NCBI GenBank assembly: GCA_902800495.1
Contig: CADCET010000011.1
Coordinates: forward strand, 4,118-68,117
From: an uncultured Prevotellaceae bacterium
GTDB lineage: Bacteria > Bacteroidota > Bacteroidia > Bacteroidales > Bacteroidaceae
Length of the DNA stretch: 64,000 nucleotides
Direction of reading: 5' to 3'
Positions 26,646 to 37,252 of this stretch are shown in pieces. The position numbers and the translations under genes were made by a program. Position 1 is the stretch's first letter. Each line of letters opens with the position of its first letter. The notes under the pieces are model-generated. The model searched no databases. It saw nothing but the letters and a program-made list of their open reading frames with translations, and had not been told where the DNA came from.

Positions 26646-27014
26646 TTACTCATGTCCCTTTAATTCCGTTTCATTAGATTCAATAGAAGGTTCCCATAAA
26701 TGACGGCTCATATCCACATGTCCATTAGACTTGAAGCCCACTCCCTCTGCCTCCAATAAAGGGCGCTGACGGCTCCAGCCTGGCGCTGTACGCCCCTCCT
26801 TGTTAACCACACGATGACAAGGCAAAGTCTCGGCTCCTGGCGTATACCTCAATGTACGTCCCACCATCCGCGAATGACTCGGCCATCCAGCCCACGCAGC
26901 GATATGACCATAGGTCGTCACCCGTCCACGAGGAATCTGGCTGACAATCGTCAGCACGTCGTCGCGAAACGTCCTCGCCTGCTCTGCCGTCATCTTATCA
27001 GGATAGTCTTTCAT
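26646..27014 (-). CDS. Methylated-DNA--protein-cysteine methyltransferase family protein (single domain)
   Basis: 'QIPRGRVTTYGHIA...RMVGR...LPCHRVVN'. Start is MKDYP. Confidence 0.85.
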   Translation of the reverse strand: MKDYPDKMTAEQARTFRDDVLTIVSQIPRGRVTTYGHIAAWAGWPSHSRMVGRTLRYTPGAETLPCHRVVNKEGRTAPGWSRQRPLLEAEGVGFKSNGHVDMSRHLWEPSIESNETELKGHE

Positions 27015-27054
27015 CTCAGACCGCAAAGATACAAATAATTGCCTAAAGCACCAA

Positions 27055-27086
27055 AAGAGCGCCGCAGTTTTTTCTGCGGCGCTCTT
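27055..27086 (-). terminator. Intrinsic terminator of the frd/sdh operon
   Basis: 13-bp stem aagagcgccgcag/ctgcggcgctctt ending in a U-run on the minus strand. Confidence 0.75.
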
Positions 27087-27109
27087 ATTATAAATAAAAG
27101 GTGAAATCT

Positions 27110-27868
27110 TTAGTCGGCGAGCTTGGCCTTGATCATCTCGCGGTTCAGGCGGGCGATGTTGGCGATGGTCTCGTTCTTCGGGCAGACGGCCTCGCAAGCA
27201 CGGGTGTTGGTGCAGTTGCCGAAGCCGAGTTCGTCCATCTTGGCAATCATGTTCTTCACACGACGGGCAGCCTCTACGCGACCCTGGGGAAGGAGGGCGA
27301 GCTGGCTGACCTTCGACGAAACGAAGAGCATGGCGGAGCCGTTCTTACAAGCGGCGACGCAAGCGCCACAGCCGATGCAAGATGCGCAGTCCATAGCCTC
27401 GTCGGCGTCCTCCTTGGGGATGAGGATGGCGTTGGCATCCTGAGCCTGACCGGTGCGGATGGTGGTGTAGCCACCGGCCTGGATAATCTTATCGAAAGCA
27501 CCACGGTCGACCATACAGTCCTTGATGACAGGGAAGGCTGCTGAGCGCCAAGGCTCGACGGTGATGACGTCGCCGTCGTTGAAGCGGCGCATATAGAGCT
27601 GACAGGTGGTAGCGCCACGCTCGGTCTTGCCGTGAGGCGTACCGTTGATGTAGAGTGAGCACATACCGCAGATACCCTCGCGGCAGTCGTGGTCGAACAC
27701 GAAGGGCTCCTTGCCTTCGTTGATGAGCTCCTCGTTCAGGATGTCAAGCATCTCCAGGAAAGAGGTGTCATCGGGAATATCGTGCATCTCGTGGGTGTCG
27801 AAATGTCCCTGGTCCTTGGGGCCATTCTGGCGCCAGAACTTGATAGTGAAACTTATGTTTTTAGCCAT
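27110..27868 (-). CDS. frdB: Fumarate reductase/succinate dehydrogenase Fe-S subunit
   Basis: '[10 protein letters not shown]', '[11 protein letters not shown]', '[13 protein letters not shown]'. Confidence 0.95.
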   Translation of the reverse strand: MAKNISFTIKFWRQNGPKDQGHFDTHEMHDIPDDTSFLEMLDILNEELINEGKEPFVFDHDCREGICGMCSLYINGTPHGKTERGATTCQLYMRRFNDGDVITVEPWRSAAFPVIKDCMVDRGAFDKIIQAGGYTTIRTGQAQDANAILIPKEDADEAMDCASCIGCGACVAACKNGSAMLFVSSKVSQLALLPQGRVEAARRVKNMIAKMDELGFGNCTNTRACEAVCPKNETIANIARLNREMIKAKLAD

Positions 27869-27871
27869 AAT

Positions 27872-28063
27872 TTACTTGTTTTTATTATTGATGCGATAAG
27901 CTAAAATCTGGTTTAGCAGCAAAAGCGATCCTAAGACGAGATAATGGATTGCCTCCGATTGTGCCTCCGATTGAACCCCTCCAGTAACATCTGCTATTGC
28001 TATTATGAAAATACAAGCACTTAGTACGATACTTGTCTTCAGATAACCATTTAGCCCTTTCAT
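27872..28063 (-). CDS. Small two-TM hypothetical protein inserted in the frd operon
   Basis: 63-aa ORF filling the frdA-frdB gap (3-bp spacings), AT-rich, two hydrophobic helices. Confidence 0.5.
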   Translation of the reverse strand: MKGLNGYLKTSIVLSACIFIIAIADVTGGVQSEAQSEAIHYLVLGSLLLLNQILAYRINNKNK

Positions 28064-28066
28064 CCT

Positions 28067-30046
<1,980 letters not shown>

Positions 30047-30084
30047 AACTTTAATTTTCGATTTACGGATTTTCGATTTTCAAT

Positions 30085-30786
30085 TTAAGCGCAGCAGCTA
30101 CCGTCGCAGAGTGAGGGAGCGCAGCCGAACCAGAAAGCGAGTACGACAACAGCGAAGCCGAGCATGAGCAGGCTGACATAGATAAGGCCGATGCAGTTCC
30201 AGCGCTTCTGCCAGATCTTACCGCTGATACCCAGAGTCTGCATAGCTGACCAGAAACCGTGAGCCAGGTGGAACCAGATGGCAGCAAACCAAACCAGATA
30301 GAGGATGCTGAGCACGGGGTTGGCAAACGTGTCCTTGATGTAGGCAAAGCCGTCAGCAGGACCGTGGACGCCGATAACGCCAAAGATCTCGGCGAACATC
30401 ATGTTGTACCAGAAGTCCTTCAGGTGCAGCAACAGACCGACCAGGATGATGAGTCCCAGGACGAGCATGTTCTTAGAGTACCACTCCACCTTACCTGCAT
30501 TGACCGTCGTAGCAATCTCGTAACGGTTGTCGCCACGAGCGGTACGATTCTGCGCCGTCAGGATGAAAGCGAAGACGATGTGAATCACTGCCAGGGCTGC
30601 CAAGCCAAGTGTTGCCACAACGGCATACCAGTTGGCACCCAGGAATTCGCAAATCATGTTGTAACCCTCTTCCGAGAAGAGCGCGACCAAGTTCATGCAG
30701 CAGTGGAACGTCAGGAACAAGATCAGCGCAATGCCCGTTACAGACATTACAACTTTTCTACCAATTGATGAATTGATTAACCACAT
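30085..30786 (-). CDS. frdC: Fumarate reductase/succinate dehydrogenase cytochrome b subunit
   Basis: 'SSIGRKVVMSVTG..LILFLTFH', heme-ligand His in TM helices, 'HLAHGFWSAMQTLG'. Confidence 0.93.
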   Translation of the reverse strand: MWLINSSIGRKVVMSVTGIALILFLTFHCCMNLVALFSEEGYNMICEFLGANWYAVVATLGLAALAVIHIVFAFILTAQNRTARGDNRYEIATTVNAGKVEWYSKNMLVLGLIILVGLLLHLKDFWYNMMFAEIFGVIGVHGPADGFAYIKDTFANPVLSILYLVWFAAIWFHLAHGFWSAMQTLGISGKIWQKRWNCIGLIYVSLLMLGFAVVVLAFWFGCAPSLCDGSCCA

Positions 30787-30919
30787 AAGTTGTTGAGTTT
30801 AAATTATTTAAGGATTGTATAATACTCACTATTAGGTACGTGCCCGCACGTTGAGGGTACAAAATTAATGAAAAATAATGATAAATGCAAACGTTTACGA
30901 AGAAATTTTCAATTATTTC

Positions 30920-31714
30920 TCAATAATTTTTGCGCTGTCGCACAGCTTCATACATCAAAACGGCTGCCGAGACGGAGACGTTGAGCGAGTCGATACGTCC
31001 TAACATCGGAATGCGGATATGGGCATCGGCGGCCTCGCGCCACTGATTGGTCAGTCCCGTAGCCTCCGTTCCCATGACGATGGCCGTCGCCCGTTGCATG
31101 TCAACATCGTAATAGAGCGAGGAATCCTGCAGCTGGGCGGTGAGGATCTGGATGCCGCGCTGCTTGAGGAAAGTGATACACGCCTCTGACGTGCAGGCAA
31201 CACAAGGCACCGAGAAGAAAGCGCCTACCGACGAACGGATGAGGTTGGGGTTGTAGAGGTCTGTCAGCGGGTCGCAGACGACGACGGCATCGACGCCAGC
31301 CGCATCGGCCGAGCGCAAGATGGCTCCCAAGTTGCCTGGCTTCTCGACGCGCTCTAAGACGACCACAAGCGGCCGCTCTGGAAGCTGCAGGTCGGCCAGC
31401 GACAACTGACGGGTTCTGACTTCGGCGACGACGCCCTCCGTACTGCCGCGATAGGCAATCTTCTCGTAGACGGCCTTCGACACCTCAAACAGTCGGACAC
31501 CATCGGGCAATGCCGGCATCGGCTCTGTGGCCACTTCGACGGAAGGACACCAGAAGACGCTCTCTATCTCAAAGCCGGCCTCTAAGCAATGCATCAGTTC
31601 GCGGCGGCCTTCGACCACGAAGAGTCCCGCCTTACGACGCTCGGAAGATTTCTGCTGGAGCTGCAGCAGAAGTTTAATCTTTGGGTTCTGTGAACTGGTA
31701 ATCGTTTCTATCAT
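30920..31714 (-). CDS. TrmH/SpoU family RNA 2'-O-methyltransferase
   Basis: 'VEKPGNLGAILRSADA', 'MGTEATGL', 'IPMLGRIDSLNVSVSAA'. Confidence 0.92.
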   Translation of the reverse strand: MIETITSSQNPKIKLLLQLQQKSSERRKAGLFVVEGRRELMHCLEAGFEIESVFWCPSVEVATEPMPALPDGVRLFEVSKAVYEKIAYRGSTEGVVAEVRTRQLSLADLQLPERPLVVVLERVEKPGNLGAILRSADAAGVDAVVVCDPLTDLYNPNLIRSSVGAFFSVPCVACTSEACITFLKQRGIQILTAQLQDSSLYYDVDMQRATAIVMGTEATGLTNQWREAADAHIRIPMLGRIDSLNVSVSAAVLMYEAVRQRKNY

Positions 31715-31797
31715 GTTGCAAAATTACAAAGAAATTCGAGATTGCGTGAGTTTTTCCGAAACTTTTTGTAAATTTGCAGGCAAAATAATTGTTTAGG

Positions 31798-33735
31798 ATG
31801 AATCAGAACTACGACGTTATCGTGATAGGTGGCGGACACGCAGGGTGTGAGGCGGCAACGGCCTCGGCCAATATGGGTGCTCGGACACTGCTCATCACGA
31901 TGGACATGAACAAGATTGCACAGATGTCGTGCAACCCTGCCGTTGGTGGCATTGCCAAAGGGCAGATTGTACGCGAGATTGACGCCCTGGGCGGACAGAT
32001 GGGAAAGGTGACGGACGCTACAGCCATACAGTTCCGCATGTTGAACCGAAGCAAGGGTCCTGCGGTATGGAGTCCAAGGGCGCAATGCGACCGGGGGAAG
32101 TTTATATGGGAGTGGCGCCGCGTGCTCGATGAAACGGCCAATTTGGACGTCTGGCAGGACCAGGTGGAGGAGCTGCTGGTAGAGTCTGTCGCTGTGGCAC
32201 AGCGACAAACAGAACAAGAAAAGCAAACGCGGCGGGTAACGGGCGTGAAGACCATCTGGGGCGCTGAGTTTCAGGCACCGTGCGTAGTGCTGACGGCTGG
32301 CACGTTCCTCAACGGCCTGATGCACATAGGCCGACGGATGGTGAAGGGCGGACGCATAGCTGAGCCTGCCGCCGAACGGTTGACGGAGAGCATCACCCGA
32401 CACGGCATCACCACAGCGAGAATGAAGACAGGAACGCCCGTACGCATCGACAAACGAACGGTACACTTCGAGGACATGACGCGCCAGGACGGTGAGAACG
32501 ACTACCACCAATTCTCATATATGGGTAAGCCGCGCCCCCTACCCCAACTGCCGTGCTACGAGTGCTACACCAACCCGGACGTTCACGAGACGCTGCGCTC
32601 AGGATTGGCGGATTCACCGCTATACAACGGACAGATTCAGTCGATAGGTCCGCGCTATTGTCCGTCGATAGAGACGAAGCTCGTGACCTTTCCCGAACGT
32701 GAGCAGCACCTGCTGTTCTTAGAACCGGAAGGAACGGACACCAACGAGATGTACCTGAACGGCTTCTCGTCGTCGCTTCCTATGGACGTACAGATAGCAG
32801 CACTGAAGCACATACCTGCACTAAGAGACGTGAAGGTCTACCGCCCGGGCTATGCCATAGAGTACGACTTCTTTGACCCGACACAGTTGGAGCACTCGCT
32901 GGAATCGAAAGTCATTGGCGGTCTGTTTATGGCCGGACAGGTAAATGGGACGACGGGCTACGAAGAGGCGGGAGGCCAGGGAACGGTGGCCGGCATCAAC
33001 GCGGCGCTGAAGGCTGGTGCAGCAGGCTGCGGTACCACAGCAGCAGACACGGCACTAACGCTGGCTCGCGACGAGGCTTACATCGGCGTGCTGATAGACG
33101 ACCTGGTGACGAAAGGCGTTGACGAGCCTTACCGTATGTTCACCTCAAGGGCGGAATACCGCATACTGCTGAGACAAGATGATGCCGACGCCCGACTGAC
33201 GGAACGCGGCTACGAACTGGGTATAGTCAAAAGAGACCGCCTTGACTGGTGGTTGGAAAAGAAAAAATTCATCGAAGAAATCATTCGTTTTTGCGATTCG
33301 TTTGCCATCAAGCCACGTCTTATTAACGGCGCATTAGAAGCCCTCGGCTCTACCCTACTCCAATACGGCTGTAAACTAACTGACTTGGTCAGCCGTCCAG
33401 AACTGTCGTTCGAGAAGTTAGCCGATGCTATTCCCGAACTGAAAGAAATGCTGAATCGACCGACTAATCGTCGCGAGGAAATCAGCGAGGCAGCAGAGAT
33501 ACGCATCAAATATAAAGGATATATCGAACGCGAAAAGTTGGTGGCTGACAAGATGCACCGTCTGGAAAACATCAGAATCCGCGGACGCTTTGACTACGAG
33601 AACTTGAATGCCATTTCAACAGAAGCACGGCAGAAACTGATGAAGATTCAGCCCGAGACTTTAGCGCAAGCCAGCCGCATTCCTGGCGTCAGTCCGAGCG
33701 ACATCAACGCCATGCTGGTGCTGATGGGAAGATAA
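31798..33735 (+). CDS. mnmG: tRNA uridine 5-carboxymethylaminomethyl modification enzyme
   Basis: 'YDVIVIGGGHAGCEAA', 'MSCNPAVGG', 'GPRYCPSIE', 'AGQVNGTTGYEEA'. TAAATTTG promoter at 31769. Confidence 0.98.
   Translation: MNQNYDVIVIGGGHAGCEAATASANMGARTLLITMDMNKIAQMSCNPAVGGIAKGQIVREIDALGGQMGKVTDATAIQFRMLNRSKGPAVWSPRAQCDRGKFIWEWRRVLDETANLDVWQDQVEELLVESVAVAQRQTEQEKQTRRVTGVKTIWGAEFQAPCVVLTAGTFLNGLMHIGRRMVKGGRIAEPAAERLTESITRHGITTARMKTGTPVRIDKRTVHFEDMTRQDGENDYHQFSYMGKPRPLPQLPCYECYTNPDVHETLRSGLADSPLYNGQIQSIGPRYCPSIETKLVTFPEREQHLLFLEPEGTDTNEMYLNGFSSSLPMDVQIAALKHIPALRDVKVYRPGYAIEYDFFDPTQLEHSLESKVIGGLFMAGQVNGTTGYEEAGGQGTVAGINAALKAGAAGCGTTAADTALTLARDEAYIGVLIDDLVTKGVDEPYRMFTSRAEYRILLRQDDADARLTERGYELGIVKRDRLDWWLEKKKFIEEIIRFCDSFAIKPRLINGALEALGSTLLQYGCKLTDLVSRPELSFEKLADAIPELKEMLNRPTNRREEISEAAEIRIKYKGYIEREKLVADKMHRLENIRIRGRFDYENLNAISTEARQKLMKIQPETLAQASRIPGVSPSDINAMLVLMGR
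32178..32217 (+). repeat. In-frame REP-like insertion in mnmG
   Basis: ggtagagtc-tgtcgctgtg-g-cacagcgaca-aacagaacaa. 27/30 identical to 25983-26012 with a compensatory stem change. Encodes VESVAVAQRQTEQ. Confidence 0.8.
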
Positions 33736-33751
33736 TGTTTCACGTGAAACA
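33736..33751. promoter_or_regulatory. parS centromere-like site
   Basis: TGTTTCACGTGAAACA, a perfect match to the widespread parS palindrome. Confidence 0.9.
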
Positions 33752-33785
33752 AAAGGTAATGTGTAACCAATATAACTTACTGAAA

Positions 33786-34313
33786 ATGAACAACAAACTA
33801 TTGATTGACAATCTCAGGTGCATACCTGATTTCCCCAAGAAGGGCATCAACTTCCGTGACGTAACAACACTCTACAAGAATGCCGAGTGCATGAAGATTA
33901 TGGTAGACGAGCTCTACGAGATTTACAAGGACAAGGGCATCACGAAGATTGTAGGCATCGAAAGCCGCGGTTTTGTGATGGCAGCCGCCTTAGCCGTCAA
34001 ATTAGGTGCTGGTGTTGTGTTGGCTCGTAAGCCTGGTAAGCTACCCTCAACGGTCATCAAAGAGTCGTTCTCAAAGGAATACGGCGTCGACACCATCGAG
34101 ATGCACATCGATTCCATCAACGAAAACGACGTCGTACTGATTCACGACGATTTGTTAGCAACTGGCGGCACAGCCAAAGCAGCCTACAAGCTGGTGCAGC
34201 ACTTCCACCCGAAGCAGGTCTACATGAACTTCATTATCGAGATTACCGACGAGGGATTACACGGTCGCGATCTGTTTGAAGGCATCGAACTGACAACGCT
34301 TTTGAAGTTGTAA
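33786..34313 (+). CDS. apt: Adenine phosphoribosyltransferase
   Basis: 'PDFPKKGINFRD', 'GIESRGF', 'RKPGKLP', PRPP motif 'HDDLLATGGT'. Confidence 0.95.
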   Translation: MNNKLLIDNLRCIPDFPKKGINFRDVTTLYKNAECMKIMVDELYEIYKDKGITKIVGIESRGFVMAAALAVKLGAGVVLARKPGKLPSTVIKESFSKEYGVDTIEMHIDSINENDVVLIHDDLLATGGTAKAAYKLVQHFHPKQVYMNFIIEITDEGLHGRDLFEGIELTTLLKL

Positions 34314-34329
34314 TGTTTCACGTGGAACA
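34314..34329. promoter_or_regulatory. parS centromere-like site
   Basis: TGTTTCACGTGGAACA, one mismatch to the perfect palindrome. Confidence 0.85.
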
Positions 34330-34335
34330 CCAGAA

Positions 34336-36159
34336 ATGACCAAAGAAGAAAACGAGAAGAGACTGGAACATCTACGGGAGATTGTCAGACGGTTGCCAGA
34401 CAAGCCAGGCAGTTACCAGTTCTACGATCAGGAACACACCATCATCTATGTAGGTAAGGCGAAAAATCTCAAATCGAGAGTTTCGTCTTACTTCCATACG
34501 GAGGTTGATCGCTTCAAGACGAAAGTACTGGTATCGAAGATATTTGATATCAGCTATACGGTAGTGAATACGGAAGAGGACGCGCTGTTGCTGGAAAACT
34601 CGCTCATCAAGAAATATAATCCTCGCTACAACGTCCTGTTGAAAGACGGCAAGACCTACCCTTCTATCTGCGTCACCAACGAGTTCTTCCCGCGAATCTT
34701 CAAGACCCGAACAATCAACAAGAAATGGGGCACTTACTACGGCCCTTATTCTCATATTGGGAGTATGTACGCTGTATTGGATATCATCAAGGAACTGTAT
34801 CATCCGCGAACCTGTAGGCAACCTATTACCAAAGAGGGTGTCGAACAGGGCAAATACAAGGTATGTCTCGACTACCATATCAAGAAATGCAAGGGTCCTT
34901 GCGTGGGGAAGCAGAGCTACGAAGAATACCAGAAAAACATGCTTCAGGCACGCGAAATCTTGAAGGGTAACACGCGCCAGATACTACGTGACCTGAAGGA
35001 GGAAATGTTGCTGCTGGCCGACCAGCTTAGGTTCGAAGAAGCCGAAGAAGTTAAACGCAAATATCTGGCTCTGGACTCGTTTGTCAGCAAGAGCGAAGTG
35101 GTAAGCCACACCATCAGCAATGTCGACGTGTTTTCGATTACGTCAGACGAGAAAATGGCGTATATCAACTACCTGCATGTATCCAACGGCAGCGTGAACC
35201 AAAGTTTTACCATAGAGTATAAAAAGAAACTGCAGGAGACAGACGAAGAACTGCTGCAACTGGGTATCGTCGAACTGAGGGAGCGCTTCCAGAGCGACGC
35301 AAAGGAAATCATCGTTCCGGTAGAATTAGACGTCGAACTGGAAAATGTGACATTCACCATCCCCCAACGCGGAGACAAGAAAACACTCTTAGATTTGTCG
35401 GTCATGAACGGCAAACAATACAAGTTCGACCGACTTAAACAGGCCGAGAAATTAAATCCCGAACAGAAACAGACGCGCCTGATGAAAGAGCTGCAAGAGA
35501 AGCTACACCTGCCTACACTACCCTACCACATTGAGTGCTTCGACAACTCGAACATCTCAGGCACCGACGCCGTTGCCGCTTGCGTAGTTTTTAAGGGTAT
35601 GAAGCCCAGCAAGAAGGACTACAAGCGGTTTAATATCAAGACCGTCGTAGGACCTGACGACTATGCATCGATGAAGGAGGTCGTTTCGAGGCGATACCAC
35701 CGTCTGCTGCAGGAACAGTTACCGATGCCAGACCTGATTGTGGCCGACGGCGGCAAAGGACAGATGGAGATAATCCGACAGGTAATTCAGGACGAACTGA
35801 ACCTCGACATTCCTATAGCAGGACTGGCCAAGGACGACCGCCACCGCACCAACGAACTGCTCTACGGATTCCCTCCCATGAGCGTCCAGCTGAAGACCGA
35901 CAGCGAACTATTCCATGTACTGACACAGCTACAGGACGAGGTTCACCGCTTTGCCATCGAATTCCACCGAAACAAGCGCTCTAAGCGCGCTTTGGAGTCG
36001 GAACTGGACAGCATACCGGGCGTGGGCGAAAAAACGCGTGACGCGCTTCTAAAAGGCCTTAAATCAGTCAAACTAATCAGGGAAGCGTCTCAGGAAAAGA
36101 TAGCAGAAATAACAGGTCCGGCAAAAGCCAAAATCATCTATGAACATTTCCATCCGTAA
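34336..36159 (+). CDS. uvrC: Excinuclease ABC subunit C
   Basis: GIY-YIG 'IIYVGKAKNLKSRVSSYF', 'IECFDNSN', 'DGGKGQ', C-terminal HhH. Confidence 0.97.
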   Translation: MTKEENEKRLEHLREIVRRLPDKPGSYQFYDQEHTIIYVGKAKNLKSRVSSYFHTEVDRFKTKVLVSKIFDISYTVVNTEEDALLLENSLIKKYNPRYNVLLKDGKTYPSICVTNEFFPRIFKTRTINKKWGTYYGPYSHIGSMYAVLDIIKELYHPRTCRQPITKEGVEQGKYKVCLDYHIKKCKGPCVGKQSYEEYQKNMLQAREILKGNTRQILRDLKEEMLLLADQLRFEEAEEVKRKYLALDSFVSKSEVVSHTISNVDVFSITSDEKMAYINYLHVSNGSVNQSFTIEYKKKLQETDEELLQLGIVELRERFQSDAKEIIVPVELDVELENVTFTIPQRGDKKTLLDLSVMNGKQYKFDRLKQAEKLNPEQKQTRLMKELQEKLHLPTLPYHIECFDNSNISGTDAVAACVVFKGMKPSKKDYKRFNIKTVVGPDDYASMKEVVSRRYHRLLQEQLPMPDLIVADGGKGQMEIIRQVIQDELNLDIPIAGLAKDDRHRTNELLYGFPPMSVQLKTDSELFHVLTQLQDEVHRFAIEFHRNKRSKRALESELDSIPGVGEKTRDALLKGLKSVKLIREASQEKIAEITGPAKAKIIYEHFHP

Positions 36160-36199
36160 AAGTTTGGTGGAATGAAAAAAAGTTTGTAACTTTGCAGAC

Positions 36200-36652
36200 A
36201 TGAGAGCGGTCATACAACGAGTCAAGCACGCCAGCGTTACCATCGAAGGCAGTGTGAAGAGCAGCATCGGACAAGGATTTCTGGTGCTGTTAGGTGTGTG
36301 TAATGAAGACACAACGGAGGACGTAGAGTGGTTGGTGAAGAAGATAGCCAACTTGCGGGTGTTCGATGACGACGAGGGCGTGATGAACCGCTCCCTACTC
36401 GACGTCCAAGGCGAGGCATTAGTGGTAAGTCAGTTCACACTCTATGCCAGCTACAAGAAAGGCAACCGCCCCAGTTGGTTCCGGGCTGGCTCTCACGAGC
36501 ACTCCATACCGCTCTATCAGGCTTTCTGTCAGCAACTTAGCGAGCAACTCGGCAAGTCTGTTGGCACAGGAGAATTCGGTGCCGATATGAAGGTTGAACT
36601 GCTTAACGACGGCCCCGTCACCATCTGTATGGATACGAAGAATAAGGAGTAA
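36200..36652 (+). CDS. dtd: D-aminoacyl-tRNA deacylase
   Basis: 'MRAVIQRV', 'SQFTL', 'GNRPS', 'NDGPVT'. Confidence 0.96.
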   Translation: MRAVIQRVKHASVTIEGSVKSSIGQGFLVLLGVCNEDTTEDVEWLVKKIANLRVFDDDEGVMNRSLLDVQGEALVVSQFTLYASYKKGNRPSWFRAGSHEHSIPLYQAFCQQLSEQLGKSVGTGEFGADMKVELLNDGPVTICMDTKNKE

Positions 36653-36677
36653 GGAGTAAGGAGAAAGGAGTAAGGAG
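36643..36677 (+). repeat. (TAAGGAG)x5 heptamer array
   Basis: Five tandem units spanning the dtd stop codon and ending 2 bp before the next ATG. Confidence 0.85.
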
Positions 36678-36679
36678 AT

Positions 36680-36925
36680 ATGAAGAAATATTTGCGAGAG
36701 ATTGAGATATCGAGCGTCATCCTGATGCTGATAGGCTGTGCAGGCCACCGGTTCCTGCATTGGGGATGGGCCATCTGGGTGTGCATCGTTGGCCTTATAT
36801 TGTGGCTGTTACAGGTCGTCTACAAGGCCTTTAACTGGAAGGAATATGCACGCGACAACAAGCAGAACATCCTAATGATGCTGTTTGTCATTGCTATGTT
36901 GTTCTATTTGATGCTCACACGATGA
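36680..36925 (+). CDS. Small membrane protein
   Basis: 81 aa with three hydrophobic segments and an ATGA overlap with the next gene. Confidence 0.65.
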   Translation: MKKYLREIEISSVILMLIGCAGHRFLHWGWAIWVCIVGLILWLLQVVYKAFNWKEYARDNKQNILMMLFVIAMLFYLMLTR

Positions 36926-37248
36926 CGATACGCGAAGCACAAGAAGCGGTAGACCGCTGGATTCGGGAGTACGGCGTGCGCTACTTCTCGGAACTGACGA
37001 ATATGGTCGTTCTGACCGAGGAAGTTGGCGAGTTAGCGCGCGTGATGGCCCGCAAATACGGCGACCAGAGCTTCAAGCCAGGCGAGAAAGAAAACCTCGG
37101 CGAAGAGATGGCCGACGTGCTTTGGGTACTGCTATGCTTAGCCAACCAGACTGGCGTTGACCTGACTGAAGAACTGCTGAAATCGATTGAGAAAAAGACA
37201 AAAAGAGATGCCCTACGGCATATAGAAAACCCAAAACTTAAAGCTTAA
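36922..37248 (+). CDS. MazG-like nucleotide pyrophosphohydrolase
   Basis: 'LTEEVGELAR...LGEEMADVLWVLLCLANQTGVDL'. Confidence 0.9.
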   Translation: MTIREAQEAVDRWIREYGVRYFSELTNMVVLTEEVGELARVMARKYGDQSFKPGEKENLGEEMADVLWVLLCLANQTGVDLTEELLKSIEKKTKRDALRHIENPKLKA

Positions 37249-37252
37249 TATT

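Noticed and set aside
33735-33785. N-terminal extension MFHVKQ of apt
   Set aside because: This is the translation of the parS palindrome. The real start is more likely 33786.
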